Below, one piece after another: positions 63,130 to 64,000 of a DNA stretch of 64,000 nucleotides. This DNA is from Octopus bimaculoides. Taxonomy: Eukaryota. The stretch lies in assembly GCF_001194135.2 (NCBI RefSeq), contig NC_068989.1:45500755-45564754 (forward strand), given 5' to 3'. The notes below the pieces were generated by a model, which was not told where the DNA came from, searched no databases, and saw nothing but the letters and a program-made list of their open reading frames with translations. Made by a program: the position numbers and the translations under genes. Positions within the stretch are counted from its first letter, which is position 1. Each line of letters begins with the position of its first letter.

Positions 63130-63579
63130 TGATTGGAAGGACAACAAAAGAAAGAAAGAGACCTCGATATTATGTAAATAGAGGAATTTATCTGTAAAGA
63201 TATGAGTTGGAATTTACGAGAACCAAAACAAAAGATGAAGACGGGTTTGTAAACAACAAACAGATGTATTAGTCTAACGCTCGGGAATTGAGAAAGTCTT
63301 TTACGTTTCGAGCCTACACTCTTCAACAGAAAGGAACAGAGAAATAAGCAGAGAGAGAAAATAAAAAAAGGTTTAGTGGCTAGCAATCAATCATAGTGAA
63401 TGCCGGACAGAGGTGGTCAGACAGGAGACATAGGAAGAAAGAGAGATAAAAAGTTGTGGTGATCCCAAAACGAAGATGCGCGTGCGTGTGTATGCGAGAG
63501 CGTGTATATGCGTATGGATAGGGGCTGGTGACCTTGACGTATGCGTGTGAGCATGTGTAGGTGTGTGGATGATGGTGTG

Positions 63580-63590
<11 letters not shown>
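63130..63590 (-). mobile_element. Probable Penelope-like element terminal region carrying a hammerhead-like motif
   Basis: The minus strand has a CA-rich stretch, a pyrimidine-rich stretch, then ctttctgttgaagagtgtaggctcgaaacgtaaaag. The PLE assignment is inferred from this motif and from memory of octopus repeats. Confidence 0.5.
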
Positions 63591-63654
<64 letters not shown>

Positions 63655-63656
<2 letters not shown>

Positions 63657-63815
63657 GACGGGCTTCTTTCAGATTACGTTAACCAAATCTACTCATGAAG
63701 CTTTGGCCGACCCAAGGCTATGCACATAATAGAAGACATCTTCCCAAGTGCCATGCAGTTGAAATAAACCCGGAATCATGAGATTAGAAAACAAACTTCT
63801 TACTACACAGTTACG
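63655..63815 (-). mobile_element. SINE family A, 5' half
   Basis: cgacgggcttctttcag...ccaaatctactca...aagctttgg..gacccaaggcta...agaagacatcttcccaagtgccatgcag. Confidence 0.8.
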
Positions 63816-64000
63816 GCCACGACTGATATTGAAAAAGCTCAAACATTTTTGACTGTAAGTATCATAATTGAAATATTTTATGCTCATCATAATTCTTTTT
63901 CAATGTCTGAGCTTCCTGCTATTAAAATTTTATCATTTTAATGTAAGGATTTAATGGTAGTCTTTCCAGTCCGAGGAAAATGGATCTGCAATTTCTGGTT

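Noticed and set aside
265-63890. The many long ORFs rich in YI, HT, CV, LS or X in the ORF track
   Set aside because: They are translations of (TA)n, (CA)n, (GA)n, (TATG)n, (AAT)n tracts and N gaps, not genes.

Overview
AT-rich animal intronic or intergenic DNA from a short-read assembly: nearly every N gap is bordered by a microsatellite. The SINE families, microsatellite load and TE mix look like an octopus (Octopus-type coleoid) genome; this is recognition from memory, not a search result. No intact protein-coding gene is demonstrable. The window contains about 35 copies of three tRNA-derived SINE families, four decayed mariner transposases, two Tc1/mariner MITEs and a 678-bp long-TIR foldback element with an 8-bp TSD. 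It also holds two families of R4/Dong-type RLE LINEs, one sitting in (AAT)n and one in (CATA)n, plus Tx1/L1-like ORF1 and ORF2 fragments, a LINE 3' end encoding two C2H2 fingers, a Helitron helicase fragment, and Penelope-like remnants with hammerhead-like motifs. Several minisatellites and local duplications are also present. The most notable structures are a tail-body-tail R4 chimera (37.2-38.3 kb), apparent microsatellite-specific retrotransposon targeting, recurrent head-to-tail SINE dimers and trimers, and candidate hammerhead ribozymes. A few minus-strand exon candidates may belong to a host gene but are weakly supported. Most TE boundaries are approximate and all alignments were done by eye.
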